Source: Lama glama
Taxonomy: Eukaryota
Assembly: GCA_028534125.1 (NCBI GenBank)
Contig: CM052829.1
Coordinates: 18,662,001-18,726,000, forward strand
Direction of reading: 5' to 3'
DNA length: 64,000 bases
Part shown: one piece after another, positions 50,998 to 63,379 of the stretch
Position numbering within the stretch: position 1 is the first letter of the stretch
How the letters are laid out: the number at the start of each line of letters is the position of its first letter
Notes under the pieces: model-generated
What the model was told of the DNA's origin: nothing
What the model saw: only the letters and a program-made list of their open reading frames with translations
Database searches by the model: none
Program-made: the position numbers and the translations under genes

Positions 50998-52989
50998 ACT
51001 GACTGTTGTATCAGTCATCAAAGCCTGGTCTATGTCCATGGCATTCGGTGAGCTCAGTGCTTGGTCAGGCATCCCTAACGCCCAGCACAAAATCTTTTAC
51101 TGTTGAAAAGTAATCGTTGCCTTAGAGGACAGATCTAAGATCAACAACAGAACAGGTTGTTTTCCCAAAGCCACATACTGTTCTTTAACTGTAGATCTAT
51201 TTTAACTATGACCATATCTGTGTCACTATATGGGACTTTATTTAGCTAAGGCCATGCCATGGCTTGTGCACAGTGGTCAGGAAAAGATAAGAAGGGCAGG
51301 TATGAAATATTAACTTTGAAATTCAGAGTATTTGTTCACCCCAATACATCACTGGCATAATCTCTGCTAGATGAGGATTCCCCAGTCTAGACCAGAAGAA
51401 ATGACTAGAAAACAATGATAGATAAAATTAGACTACACTAGGGGTCACAAAGTATGCTGGTTTGCTGGGATAGTGTGTTTTGACATATTTATCTATGTAG
51501 GCAAGACTGCCAATGGGAAATGGCATACTGAATAAGCGGTTTCTTTAGAAGTCTTTTCTTAAAAGACATAAATAAAACAATCAACTTTCTAATATTGCTA
51601 TGCTCTATGAAATCAATGAGAATGGTCTCATCTATACAAATGGACTTTTCAGATAAATGAATCTTAACCCTCTTTACTACAAAATATTTTAAAAAATGAT
51701 TTTAATTTTCTCTTGTGGAAATCTTTCTAAAAGATCATGGATTTTTCCCTTCTCTTAAACAAAATGTACTGCTGTGGTACACTCCTCTCTCTGTGGTCTG
51801 AGCTCATCATGAACATTGAAGGTTGCATGGGACCATCTCAGTAGTTACATCCTGTACTGTTGTCAGTGCAGTAACAGCTCAGTGAACCCTCCCTGCTGCA
51901 CATCTATGTAATTTTGGTAGCTCCTTTTTTTGCTGAGAGTGTTCTCTGGGTCTCAGATAATACCCTTTCCTAGCACCTCTATGACGTAATTCTCTTCACA
52001 TGCTACCTTATTTTACATAAAATTTCTAGCCGAGGGTCTGAATCCTAGACCTAGAGAGGGAAGGCGAGTCTCCCTCCCAAGGTTTGAGTCCTAAGCTAGC
52101 TGTCACTCTGGAAAGAGAATTTAATAAATTAATCTCTTATAAGAAGTTAATGACTTATTAAGAGCTTAGGATATTAAGAGCTTGCTACTTGTGTTTGGCT
52201 TGTAATGGAAGATGTCTATAGATGCAAAAGCCTTAACCCCAAGCAGTGACTGTTAAGTAGAGGGATTTCAGCTATAACTTATTTTGGAGTGGCAAGAGGT
52301 GGTGGAAGATAGTAAAATGGGGAAGGACTAATGTGATGTTCTTCATTATTAATGACATAATATAAGCCTACATTTTCCTATATCTAAGGAGACATTTAGG
52401 CTTCAGTAATCCTGGACAGGGTCTTACTCTTGCTACTGTTCCCTAATCTGATTTTTGTTCTTCACTCCTCAAGGTTTTCCATGAGAGACTATTGAACTCA
52501 TCTTCCTTTGGCTCAAGACCTGATGTAGGCATCCCTTGCGTGCTCTCAAGAATGAAGAAGCCAGTTTCACCAGCAGCTTGGCCTGCTGAAAGGGGCAGTA
52601 CTCTTCCATAAACCAGGGCCATGGCCAGTCCTCAGCTAAACCAGAAAATCATGAAAGTTAATTTGCATTCTGTTTGCCCCATCAACTTACCTCCTCCTCC
52701 CTGTTCTGTTCCCTGTGCACTCCTAATTCTGTGCCCCAGCATGCCTCTGTCACCTCTGTATCCTGCCCATTCCCAGGGCTGCTTTAGTCACTGGGGCCTT
52801 TTCTTTCCTAACATATTTTTCCAAAGATGAAATCTGGTCATAAAAGACACAAGAATGTTTTTGAAGAATAAGAAGGGCCAACTTGTCATAAGGGATCATG
52901 TGAAACCTGAGGAATATGATAAAGAGGGGAGAAGGGGTTTCTCAGGTAGTCAGCCAGCCCCAGCTCAATCTCAGGGGTAGCGGGTAAAG

Positions 52990-53168
52990 CAGTGGTTCTC
53001 AAACTAAAATAAGAATAGGAGTCACAGGAGAATCTTTTTCACCGTGGAGCTTCCCAGCCCCTAATCCTGAGGATTCCAATTTATAAGTTTAGAGGACTGC
53101 TCAGATTTTTAAATAAACATTTCAAGAAATGTTGCTACAGGTGGTGGAATATACCTGGAGAAACTCTG
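52990..53168 (+). mobile_element. MER5-like hAT-Charlie MITE
   Basis: TIRs cagtggttctcaaact ... ggagaaactctg, about 180 bp. Confidence 0.7.
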
Positions 53169-53839
53169 GAGTGTGGGGTGACATGCGGTTGGTTGGATGT
53201 CTGTGGGCTCCACCCGCCCTGTGAGAGCCAGGAGGACACCACTTTATCCTTCAGTCCTGACAGACGTCACCTTGAGTCTTAGTAAGTCCGGCTCCGACTC
53301 ATTGGTCCTTAATTACCACCGCCTCCTTCCCCTCCTCAACCAAAGGAGGTCATAGTGGGATAAAGAGAGGGGTCTGCATTAGAGTGGCTGGTAGCCTAGT
53401 AACAACTCAACAGACAGGCAGATTTTCTCTCAAGATTCTTTTCTTCATCTTATTTTTGGAGACCTAAGTATCCTTCGTGTTACACATATCATGACACTGC
53501 TCAATACTTCCCCACATACCAATTAGAACAGATGAGTTGGAAGTCGGAGATCCATCAGAAAGGCAGTTCTAAATCATTCCTCTTTACTAAGACCCAAGGC
53601 TATGTTCCATTTATTCATCAGAACCCCACAGCAGGTACCCTCTTGGTGTTGTACTTATAGTACTCCAAATTTATCTGAGGGAATCCCATACCAGTTAATT
53701 CACTATGCACAGTTTTGCGGAGGACTTTATTACAGAGATTTATATAGAATTTACAGTCATAAGGCATCAGCCACATCATCTTGATCAACTCTAGTACTTA
53801 AAAATATAGAGAAACCAAGGCCAAAATCTTAAGGAAAAT

Positions 53840-54315
53840 AGTGGATACCCCAACACCCAATTCCTAACTCTTCTTCTGTTTTTTGGGAACTGCTTATTCC
53901 CATGAGGACCATGTCCCCACTGCAGGTCAGGGTGTGACCAATCAGATTATCCCATCACCGGAGCCCCATGATTGGTTCAGGTGCAAAGACTTGACTCCTA
54001 AGGCTGCCTGAGCTAGAGCTATCAGGAAGAAGGTCTTTTCCAATTGGGGTTACTAAGCCAGGAAAACAATAATCTGGGACTGCTGCCACCAACCTGCAGG
54101 ATCTTTGTCTGAAGAGCAAAATGAAGCAGAGAAATGTGAAGAGCTGAGAGAGGGAGACAGCCTGAACCAGGGTAACATCATTTGAGCCTCAGGATGCTGC
54201 TGCGTTGGAATTTAACCCTTCACTTCTGGGTGTGGGAGTCAATAAATCCTTTTTATTAGGCTAGTTTGAGTCAAGGATTTAAACTGGCCAACTGAAAGCA
54301 TCCTGGCTAGTAATA
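53840..54315 (+). mobile_element. MaLR LTR (MLT1K/L-like)
   Basis: 'gtgaccaatcagattatcccatc...tgattggttcagg...aacatcatttgagcctcaggat...gagtcaataaatcctttt...aactgaaagcatcct'. Confidence 0.7.
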
Positions 54316-54402
54316 TGGACTGCCTGGTTCTGGAAGTTTTATGTACAACGGCTCATGGTACCTGGTTCTCCCGCCTGGGTGTATCAGCCTCTGTGCTCTG
54401 TG

Positions 54403-54545
54403 GCAGTAAGTCTTGAGCTTTAGAATGCATAAGTATCAACCGCATTATGTGTTAAACGTGCAGATTCCTGGGCCCACAAAGATTCAGGGTTCAGTGGGAC
54501 TGGGTGGCAATGGCCATAAACCTACCCTTCGTTAAGCTTTTTCCT
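54403..54545 (+). mobile_element. MER5A fragment
   Basis: 'tagaatgcataagtatcaacc...gttaaacgtgcagattcctgggcccac..agattc...ttcagtgggactggg'. Confidence 0.6.
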
Positions 54546-54547
54546 GA

Positions 54548-55020
54548 GTGAGAAAGTCCTTACAGTAGCCTGGGAGGTGTTATGTTCACTGGCTGTCACA
54601 TTCTGTTCCAGCCACACTGCTCCCGTAAGCTCTACAAACATGCCAGGTCTTCTCTGGTCCTAGAGCTTTATCTCAGCAGTTCCCTCCACCTTAAAAGGTC
54701 TTAACTCCAGATATATCCACTGCTAAATCATTTCCTTTAAGCCTTAGGAGACACGTCACTCTGAGTCCTATTCTGACCTTCCTACTTAATACAGAAACAT
54801 GACACCTCCCTCCCCACCCATATCCTTTACTCTATTTCTATGTTTCCCCTTGTAACTGTTTTTACCTTCCAAAGTTCTCTACCGTTGACTTCTTATGGCT
54901 ATTTGATATCTTGTTCCTCTTTCATCTACCTTCCCCCTACTAGAATACAAGCTCCAGGAAAGCAGGAATCTTTGATGTGTTCATTGATGTATCTCCAGCA
55001 CATAGTAGGCACTCAATAAG
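54548..55020 (+). mobile_element. L2a 3' region
   Basis: 'aaagtccttacagtagcc...ttccagccacactg...ctagaatacaagctccaggaaagcagg...tgtatctccagcacatagtaggcactcaataa'. Confidence 0.8.
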
Positions 55021-55044
55021 TTTTTTTTTTTTTTTTTTTTTTTT
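55021..55044. repeat. Poly(T)24
   Basis: Homopolymer run. Confidence 0.95.
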
Positions 55045-56323
55045 ACTGAAAGTGCTTTGGGTTCAAAGTGATTTTTGACTCTGAAAAGATGCCATACTGC
55101 CAGACGGACATTCATTATTTCACTTTCTTAATATCTCATAATCCAGATGACCAGATTTGCCTGTCCTTTGAAACTGAGAAGTAATAAGACAGGTGATGAA
55201 AAGAAAGTGCCTGCCTCGTTGTGACGCTCCAAATGGGTGCCCAGGCAGGGTCAGCTATGCCCCAGCCAGCCTCATTTTCCATAGACCTTCTTAGGGCTGG
55301 GTGCACAGTTTTACCAATGCCAGTTTCAGTTTTGTCTTCAGAGGTTTTCTGGGGAGTGGCGTTTTTCTGTTTCCGTATGGCCTGAAATATAACCCCCTGG
55401 ACAGTTAGGTTGCAGCATGAGAGGCTGGAGACAGAGATGCCTTTATTTAAAGACAGTGATTCTTCCCATCAGAGGGGATGTCACCTAGTTTACACATATT
55501 GATAAATAGTTTTACTTGTGCTTCAGCTCGTTTCAGGCTACCTTCTTTAGTGCTTGATGATTTGGGAACAAGGTGCTAAGAAAGTTTGATTAAAAACTGC
55601 CTTTAAGGGTCCTCTTTGGTGGTGGGATCAGGTCATCAAAATTGATGTCTATTTGCTTTTTGAAAAAATATTTTAACTGCCCAATTACCTCAGTATTCTA
55701 ATATTCACATTATACTACTTAGTCTAGTCCTTTAAAGAGGTATTTAAGGTTTCAACTAACATTCATTCTCGTGAAGCAAAATGCTGCCTGCTACTTTTCT
55801 TGCTCAGTTTCTGGGAGCTTGGGCAGCTGCTGTTGTGTGTGCTGAAGGGAAACTGGATTCTTAAAGAAAGTGCTTAATCTTCTTTATCAAGCAATTAAAT
55901 AAAATGGGCTCTGGGAGTATGTAGCACGTGGGTTTGGAAGTGAAAAAAAAATTCGAAAATCACATTTTGAGTTTTAAATGGATGTATAAAAATGCAATGG
56001 CATACACTGAAGAGAAAGTGGTGATTGGGGGAGTTTTTATTTAGCGCTTCAAGTTAAGTCAAGAAAGGCTGAATATTAAAGAATTTATACAATGAAAGGA
56101 GAAGCCGCCTAAGTGGAAAGTAGGCCCTGAATTTAAATGAGATGAATCGCAAAGGACACAGTGAAACATTCCATATTGTTCAGATTTTTCTCCTTTGAAA
56201 AAAAATCGATTAAAAAAAACCAAAAAACAACGGTATCACCGCTTTATTTCGCAGAGTCGTCCTTCACGGCAATGTTGCCCTTACACGCGGATCTCAGAAA
56301 TCCACTGATTATAGGTCGAAATG

Positions 56324-56350
56324 AAAAACAAAACAAAACAAAACAAAAAC
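56324..56350. repeat. (AAAAC)n microsatellite
   Basis: aaaaacaaaacaaaacaaaacaaaaac. Confidence 0.9.
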
Positions 56351-58495
56351 GAAACCGGCAGTGCTATTCTCACAGTCATTAAAGAGTCTGTCCTCCTTTT
56401 CAGTGTGCTCGTTTTTAATGAAAAGGGAAGGGAGTAATTGATATGTCTTGACATTTGGTCCCTTTCCGCGAAATCTGAAACTTGAGACGCAAAACATTCC
56501 GCAGTTGTCGGTAAAATACCTGCCTTAAAAGCAGAACCACAGTTAATGTCTTTGGCCCGGAATTCCAGAGACTAATTTCCACCCCTCCCACGGAGTCACC
56601 TGCTCATGGGGAACCCCGGCCAGAAATCCGGGTCGCGCCAGGTCAAATCTTGCGCGTCTCTTGTTTACTCCGCCCGGGGCAGGGCGGCGGCGCAGCCGGG
56701 GTGGGGGTGGGGAGGGCCGCTCGGGCCCGCGGCGCCGGGGCACTCGGCTCCGCTCGGCTCGGCCGCTCGGGCGCCCAGGAGGGGCGGCGCGCGGTCCCGG
56801 CCCGGCCGGGAGCCCACCCGGAGGAGGCGCTCCGGGCGTCGGCTTGGGCCGCCACGGCCTCCTGGGAACCTCCCCCGAGGGTGCACACGAGTCCACACCG
56901 GCAGGGTAGCGGCTCGAGGGAGCCCCGGTGTCCCCCAGGTGTTGCCGGGTCGGGGAGGAAGCCCAGCGCCCCGGCCCCCACTCGCCTGGGATTCCCCCGC
57001 CCTCCGGTCCTGCTCTCCCCGCTCTGGGTGTGATGTCGCTCGCGTCCCTTCGGAGGAAGGGGAGCGCGCAGGCTGGAGGCGTCCGCTCGCCCCAGGTCCC
57101 AGCACAGCCCACAAGGAAACCCGCAAATATTCCCCGCACCACTGCCCACACCGATTTGAATACCCCAGCGAGGGCAGGCCGCGATCCCCTAGCTGAGTGC
57201 GCCCAGGGCGCCCTGGTGAGTGACCCCAGGGAAGGCAATTGGGGCATTTCGAGCGCGTAAAAAGTTCGTGCTTCCGCGGGGGCACGGAAAGTGCTAGTAA
57301 AAACACTTGCAAAGCTCCAGAAACGCAGCCAGGAGCTAGTCTGATTTTTTCTTGACCAGTAACATAAATGTGAGTGGAGGTGGGGGCGAGGGGCAGGAGA
57401 GGGATAAGAGGTACCCGGACAAAATCATCAATGCTGATTATTCTATAATTCCGTTTGTCTTCAAGAAGGGAACGGTCATCTGGGAAATGGGATTAGGGGG
57501 TGGGGAAAGAGGTTTCTACATCCCTAAAAGAAATTCTCAGGCCCCTAGAGACGCCCACGTTTTTTTGCCTGACAAGTAGAGACCAGCTCTCCGGGGAGTT
57601 CCCCGACCCGAGCGAGCGGGGAGCTCGGCCACGATCTTCCCGCCCGGAGCGGCCGCGGCGGGGCCGGGCCCTGCCCTCCCGGTCGCCTCCCTCCCCCGTC
57701 GCCCCGCGCGCCGCACAACCCNNNNNNNNNNNNNNNNNNNNNNNNNNNNNNNNNNNNNNNNNNNNNNNNNNNNNNNNNNNNNNNNNNNNNNNNNNNNNNN
57801 NNNNNNNNNNNNNNNNNNNNNNNNNNNNNNNNNNNNNNNNNNNNNNNNNNNNNNNNNNNNNNNNNNNNNNNNNNNNNNNNNNNNNNNNNNNNNNNNNNNN
57901 NNNNNNNNNNNNNNNNNNNNNNNNNNNNNNNNNNNNNNNNNNNNNNNNNNNNNNNNNNNNNNNNNNNNNNNNNNNNNNNNNGGCCTCGCGGCTCCCTCCC
58001 GAGCCCGGCGGCCCCTGCCCCAGGCCCATCTCCGTACAGTGTCAGAAAAATAAATAAAAGGAAAGAGGAGCCTGGGCAGGCGGTCGGGATCGCTCCCCNN
58101 NNNNNNNNNNNNNNNNNNNNNNNNNNNNNNNNNNNNNNNNNNNNNNNNNNNNNNNNNNNNNNNNNNNNNNNNNNNNNNNNNNNNNNNNNNNNNNNNNNNN
58201 NNNNNNNNNNNNNNNNNNNNNNNNNNNNNNNNNNNNNNNNNNNNNNNNNNNNNNNNNNNNNNNNNNNNNNNNNNNNNNNNNNNNNNNNNNNNNNNNNNNN
58301 NNNNNNNNNNNNNNNNNNNNNNNNNNNNNNATCCCCCTCGCCCGCTCGGGCCGCCNNNNNNNNNNNNNNNNNNNNNNNNNNNNNNNNNNNNNNNNNNNNN
58401 NNNNNNNNNNNNNNNNNNNNNNNNNNNNNNNNNNNNNNNNNNNNNNNNNNNNNNNNNNNNNNNNNNNNNNNNNNNNNNNNNNNNNNNNNNNNNNN

Positions 58496-58753
58496 CACCG
58501 AGCGCTGTCTCTCCCCGCCGGAGGAGGGTCTCCGCAGAAACATCTTCGGTGACTGTGGCACAAGTCTTGGCCAAGTTGTGTCTTGGACGTTGAAGCTCCC
58601 GGGAGCCCGGAGCAACTTGGAGGGTCTCCCGGCTCGTTAACCATATTTCTACACGTCTCGACTTTGGGGTGCTGGGTGCAGCCTTGGGGTGCGTGGAGGG
58701 CGGACCGACTATTTGGGCGAGCAGAGCGGCGGGAATCTAGGTTCCTCAGCTCG
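58496..58753 (+). other. Putative non-coding first exon (5' end probably within a gap), ending at the donor CTCG|GTAAGT
   Basis: Consensus 5' splice site GTAAGT at 58754 within the CpG island; no ATG seen in the segment. Confidence 0.5.
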
Positions 58754-59039
58754 GTAAGTGGCCTTGGCTCGGTGTTTTTCCTGCCTCCTTTAGCATTAGG
58801 AGCCTGTTTCACTTTACACCGAAATCGCCTCCTCCGGACTCCGTCGCCCCTCCCGGCGCGCGTCCCCGGCCCCAGGCGGGAGTCCAGAGGGTGAGGGTCG
58901 GAGGGGGCGGGGATGGGGGAGACCTCGGGAGGGGGGTCCGGCACGTTGGGAAATGCGGGGAATACCCCGGCCGAGGAGCTATGCAGATGAGGGGAGGCTG
59001 CTTTGCGTAATGTCCTGGGGGGAGGGGGCGGCGCGGGAG

Positions 59040-59143
59040 CGCTGGAGGCAGGAATGTGTCTGGTTACTAATGAGGGACGTGCACCGGCGCGCACCGCCGG
59101 GCCACCGCTGCGGCTGCCGCGGCCGCCGGCCGCCCGTCGTCAG
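59040..59143 (+). other. Putative alternative first exon ending at CAG|GTAGCG
   Basis: Weaker donor at 59144 followed by G-rich intron-like sequence; start is a guess. Confidence 0.3.
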
Positions 59144-59815
59144 GTAGCGGGGGAGGGGGCCGCGCGGCGCTGGCCAGGGGCGGGCGGCGGGCGGGCGGCG
59201 CGGGGGCCGGGCCGCCGGCCTGCGGCCGAGCGAGCGCAGCGAAGGCGCCGGCTGTGGGCATTTCGGCGATTCCTNNNNNNNNNNNNNNNNNNNNNNNNNN
59301 NNNNNNNNNNNNNNNNNNNNNNNNNNNNNNNNNNNNNNNNNNNNNNNNNNNNNNNNNNNNNNNNNNNNNNNNNNNNNNNNNNNNNNNNNNNNNNNNNNNN
59401 NNNCGGCTCCCGGCGCGGCGGGCTGGCCCGGGGGCGCGCGGAGACGGGTGGGGGCGGTTTGCATGCGTGTTCGTCTGTGCNNNNNNNNNNNNNNNNNNNN
59501 NNNNNNNNNNNNNNNNNNNNNNNNNNNNNNNNNNNNNNNNNNNNNNNNNNNNNNNNNNNNNNNNNNNNNNNNNNNNNNNNNNNNNNNNNNNNNNNNNNNN
59601 NNNNNNNNNNNNNNNNNNNNNNNNNNNNNNNNNNNNNNNNNNNNNNNNNNNNNNNNNNNNNNNNNNNNNNNNNNNNNNNNNNNNNNNNNNNNNNNNNNNN
59701 CCTCTCTCACCTCCCTTCACCCCTCCCCCCGCCTTTCCATTCTGTGCGTCTGGTACTGGTAGGGGTGAGACAGGAAAACACTGGTGTGTGTGTGGGGGGG
59801 GGGACGGGGGGTGGT

Positions 59816-59816
<1 letters not shown>

Positions 59817-59848
<32 letters not shown>
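59817..59848. repeat. (GT)n microsatellite
   Basis: About 15 GT units, preceded by G-rich runs. Confidence 0.95.
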
Positions 59849-59849
<1 letters not shown>

Positions 59850-62800
59850 GTCTGTCGTATTTGGTGGGGGAGACTCCAGATCAGCTCTGCCACCCCAGCT
59901 GTTATCACAGATCGGTGCGCTTTATACGCATGTGCCTCCCGCGTTCTGTCCCTCTTACATAACACATCCAGTGCAGCAGAGGACACGATAAAATGCGACC
60001 CCAACCCTCCAAACCCAAATTGGGTGAGGGGATAGAAGGTCAGGAAGTGTCCCTTGGTGTTGTCCTTCAGGGACGTGGCTTCAGTGGGGAGAAGAAGGGT
60101 TTTCTTCAAGTGGCTCCTTTCCTCTCTGACTTTAAAGCATCTAACTAAAAAGGACTGCAGGAACTAGCCCTCTCTAATGGGAAAGCTTTTACACGCTACG
60201 CCGAGAGAAAGTGGGTACTTGAACCTCGGGAGTGTAAAGAAGAGAGAGGGTCCTTACTAAAGACACTCGGAGGTGGACAATATACGTGCCGGGTAGGGGG
60301 CTGTGGGGATGGCTTTGAGGGGACCGGAGGAATCCCCTGATAATAGATGGGTTTCACTGGAGGCCTTAGGACACCTGTAATGGCATAGAATTAGCACAGG
60401 AAGCAGTGTGTGCAACTGACATCGCAAAAGCCTTACTTAGGCCTAAAATGAACATAAAAAGGCTTGTTTCCTGTACTTTCATTATAATGGAAAATTTGAA
60501 CTGATTTTCCTCCTTCCTTTTTTGCCGTTTTAAAAATAATTCAATTTACTTCCAAATTAATGTTGATACTCTCCCCCATCCCCAAAGGCTGGACCTGGGT
60601 AAGTCACAAGAGAACTGTGTTTTTCNNNNNNNNNNNNNNNNNNNNNNNNNNNNNNNNNNNNNNNNNNNNNNNNNNNNNNNNNNNNNNNNNNNNNNNNNNN
60701 NNNNNNNNNNNNNNNNNNNNNNNNNNNNNNNNNNNNNNNNNNNNNNNNNNNNNNNNNATTTGTCCTCCTAGAGAAAGGCCGTTTAACTTTATTAGAAACA
60801 TTTCCTCTAGTATACAGTAATATTTTGTGATGTTTGTCCTTGAGCAAATCAAGTTATTTAAAATATTTGCATATATGTACATAAGTATATATTACATTTA
60901 TATCACATATATATATTGGAATTTACAAGTGTCTTGTGCTTTTTCACTTTTTAAAAGTGCCAAAGCAAAATTTTAACCAGGTAGATTGTGTAATGAGTAG
61001 ATTGGTTTTGATTTTTAGGATATGGGCCAAATAGTTTATCAGGACAGAAATGCTCTCCACATGAGTAAATGGATATCATTTTCATTATTAAGATAAAATT
61101 CCTGTGGAACATTAAGAGGTCATGGTACCAGATGAGAACTGCACTTTTATTTTGAGGTGAAAGGAATTGACCAATATCTCCTTAAAGATAGTGTGCTTCA
61201 AGTGTCATAATCCCTTTTGACCACTAGGTTTGAAATATGCAGTATATTTCTTACATACAGAAAAATGTTGTATTACAATGGTGAATCTTTTGAAAATTGT
61301 CTGAGTTTCTTGCTTTGAATGTAAGTCAGGTATAAAACAAAATTTGCTTGTTGGCATCTATACTTCAGTGATGGTGATTGTATTTTATGTGGTTGGTTTT
61401 GTTAGAGACAGCTTTTATTTAAGTAAGGGTATTTATGATAAAATTGATGTGAAATTGATTTGGGGACAATTTGGGGAATAGTAATATATTACTGATAGTA
61501 CAAATTTAAGGTCTAACTGATTTTTAACTGGTTAGATCCTTGTGGAAGTCTTTGGAAAAATGCCATCAGATAAAACATTTCTGTATTTCTATTAAACATA
61601 GAATGTAAAGGCAAATTTACTGTGTATATATTACTACATAATGAAATCATGCTACTTGACTACATTGAAAGATTAGCCAGCAGAATCTTTTGATTGATCA
61701 GGCTCCTTTCACAGGAGGTGTGTTTACAAATGTTCTTGTTACTATGAAAACAAAACAGAGACAACATGTATGCAGGTGTTCCTTGTAGTATAATGGTACA
61801 TGTGTCTGCTTGAGCATTTGGCGCTTTGTCACTATTCAGAAAATTATGTTGACTCTTTTATGCTGATTCAATCTAAAATGAAAAATCTTTAGAAATTTGC
61901 CCATTTTGTTTTAAAGCAGGACTCATTTCAGTAGTAGCAACGACAAACAAGTATTCTATTTGTTAGTTTTAGATTTTTGAGTTGTCAGTGATGAACTCAA
62001 GTTAATATGAAATCTTCAATATAGGAAAAGTAGTTTTAAATAACTATAGAAAATGTGATTTAGCTTAGAAAGCGTAATCCACTAGGATGTGGAATAATGT
62101 AACACCTGATGTGGTAAATACTATAATAAGGGAAAAGTGGCTAAGATCAACTGGGTGGATGGTTACGGATCAACCTATTCACCTACGTCTGTTAAAAATA
62201 AACGCTGTTTTCAGTTTGGTGCATGGTCAACATTAGCAGAACTCTGTAAGTCTATGCAGTAGTCCTGTAGGTGGAGAAGTGGTTCACAATTTAAATCACC
62301 ACCTTGGAAATTCCAGTGACATGCTTCTGGTTAATGCATTTATATATGAATTCATTGTGAATCCATGTTATGGCTGAAACTTGGTATGTAGATATTGCAC
62401 CTTTTTAAGTGATATTATAAAAAGGAGCAGAGACAGTTTGCTAACTCAGCTCTATGGATTTCAGATCTCATAAGGAACTTCAGACCATGTGTGTGGCTTT
62501 GCTGTAGCCACATAGGCAGAGCCTTCCTTAATCTTGAGTAAAACTTGAGTGAATGTTCCAGTGAGTCTTCTCAAGGTTTGAAGTTGTGGATGAACACATA
62601 GGATTGAGGGAAAGTGGGAAAGCATTATGAAAATAAGACTGTGCTTATTTGGAGGAAATTGTAAGGGACCTGATTTTCTATTTGTTCCTGATATTTGATC
62701 ACAATCAACAGCATTGCTTTCTATATGCTATTTATGGCAATGCTAAGAAAAAGAAGGTTATAAATCAGTATTTGTAGCCATGAGATGGCTCTAAGTAATT

Positions 62801-63379
62801 TGGAAAAATATTTCAGTGCTTTGTCTATTATTGTGAAAGAACACCTAGTTCTTTATGGGGATGACACAGCTTACTGGATCTGTGTGATCTTTAGTCTCTG
62901 AGGTGGTTCATGGATACTAGCATTAAGATAGAGGTAGGACTATACTGTCTTCAAGACTGCATTTAGAATAGAATCAGAACTGCTTGATAATTTGTATCAC
63001 TTTTGTTCCAGACCAGATAATGTGCTGCCAGTCTTAACATATACTTCCATTACCCATCATTTACGGTATAAACTATGACATGTGGTCTGTTCTACAAGTG
63101 TCCACAACTTTAGATTTTTTTTAACAGCTAAAAATTTTGAGTCTAACCATTTGACAGTGCGTTGGAGAGAGGTGATAAAAATGATGGTTGTGTGCCTGAG
63201 GATATTCTGGGCAGAAAGCAGGTGGGGTTTGACCTACCGCTTCATCACAGGATGGTTGGATGTAAGGTCAGGAAATACTCAGGGGTCAGCCAGCATTTTT
63301 GACCTGTCACTCATATATAATCTTAGCCCTTTCTTCAGAGTACTATGACAAATGCCCCGGTTTTCTTCATCAATGCAAC

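Larger units (their letters stand above)
56200..59500. promoter_or_regulatory. Large CpG island / gene promoter (gene unidentified, probably + strand)
   Basis: Abrupt rise in GC and CpG density over more than 3 kb, GC boxes, no interspersed repeats, five assembly gaps at 57722-59700. Confidence 0.93.

Noticed and set aside
56543-60109. Many long overlapping ORFs (200-350 aa) in the CpG island
   Set aside because: They are Arg/Gly/Pro/Ala-rich in all frames, as expected from stop-codon depletion in GC-rich DNA. Many span N gaps and none shows a recognisable domain.
61778-61835. tRNA-like 5' sequence 'gttccttgtagtataatggta'
   Set aside because: Resembles an A-box only; no B-box/T-loop (GTTCRA) or cloverleaf
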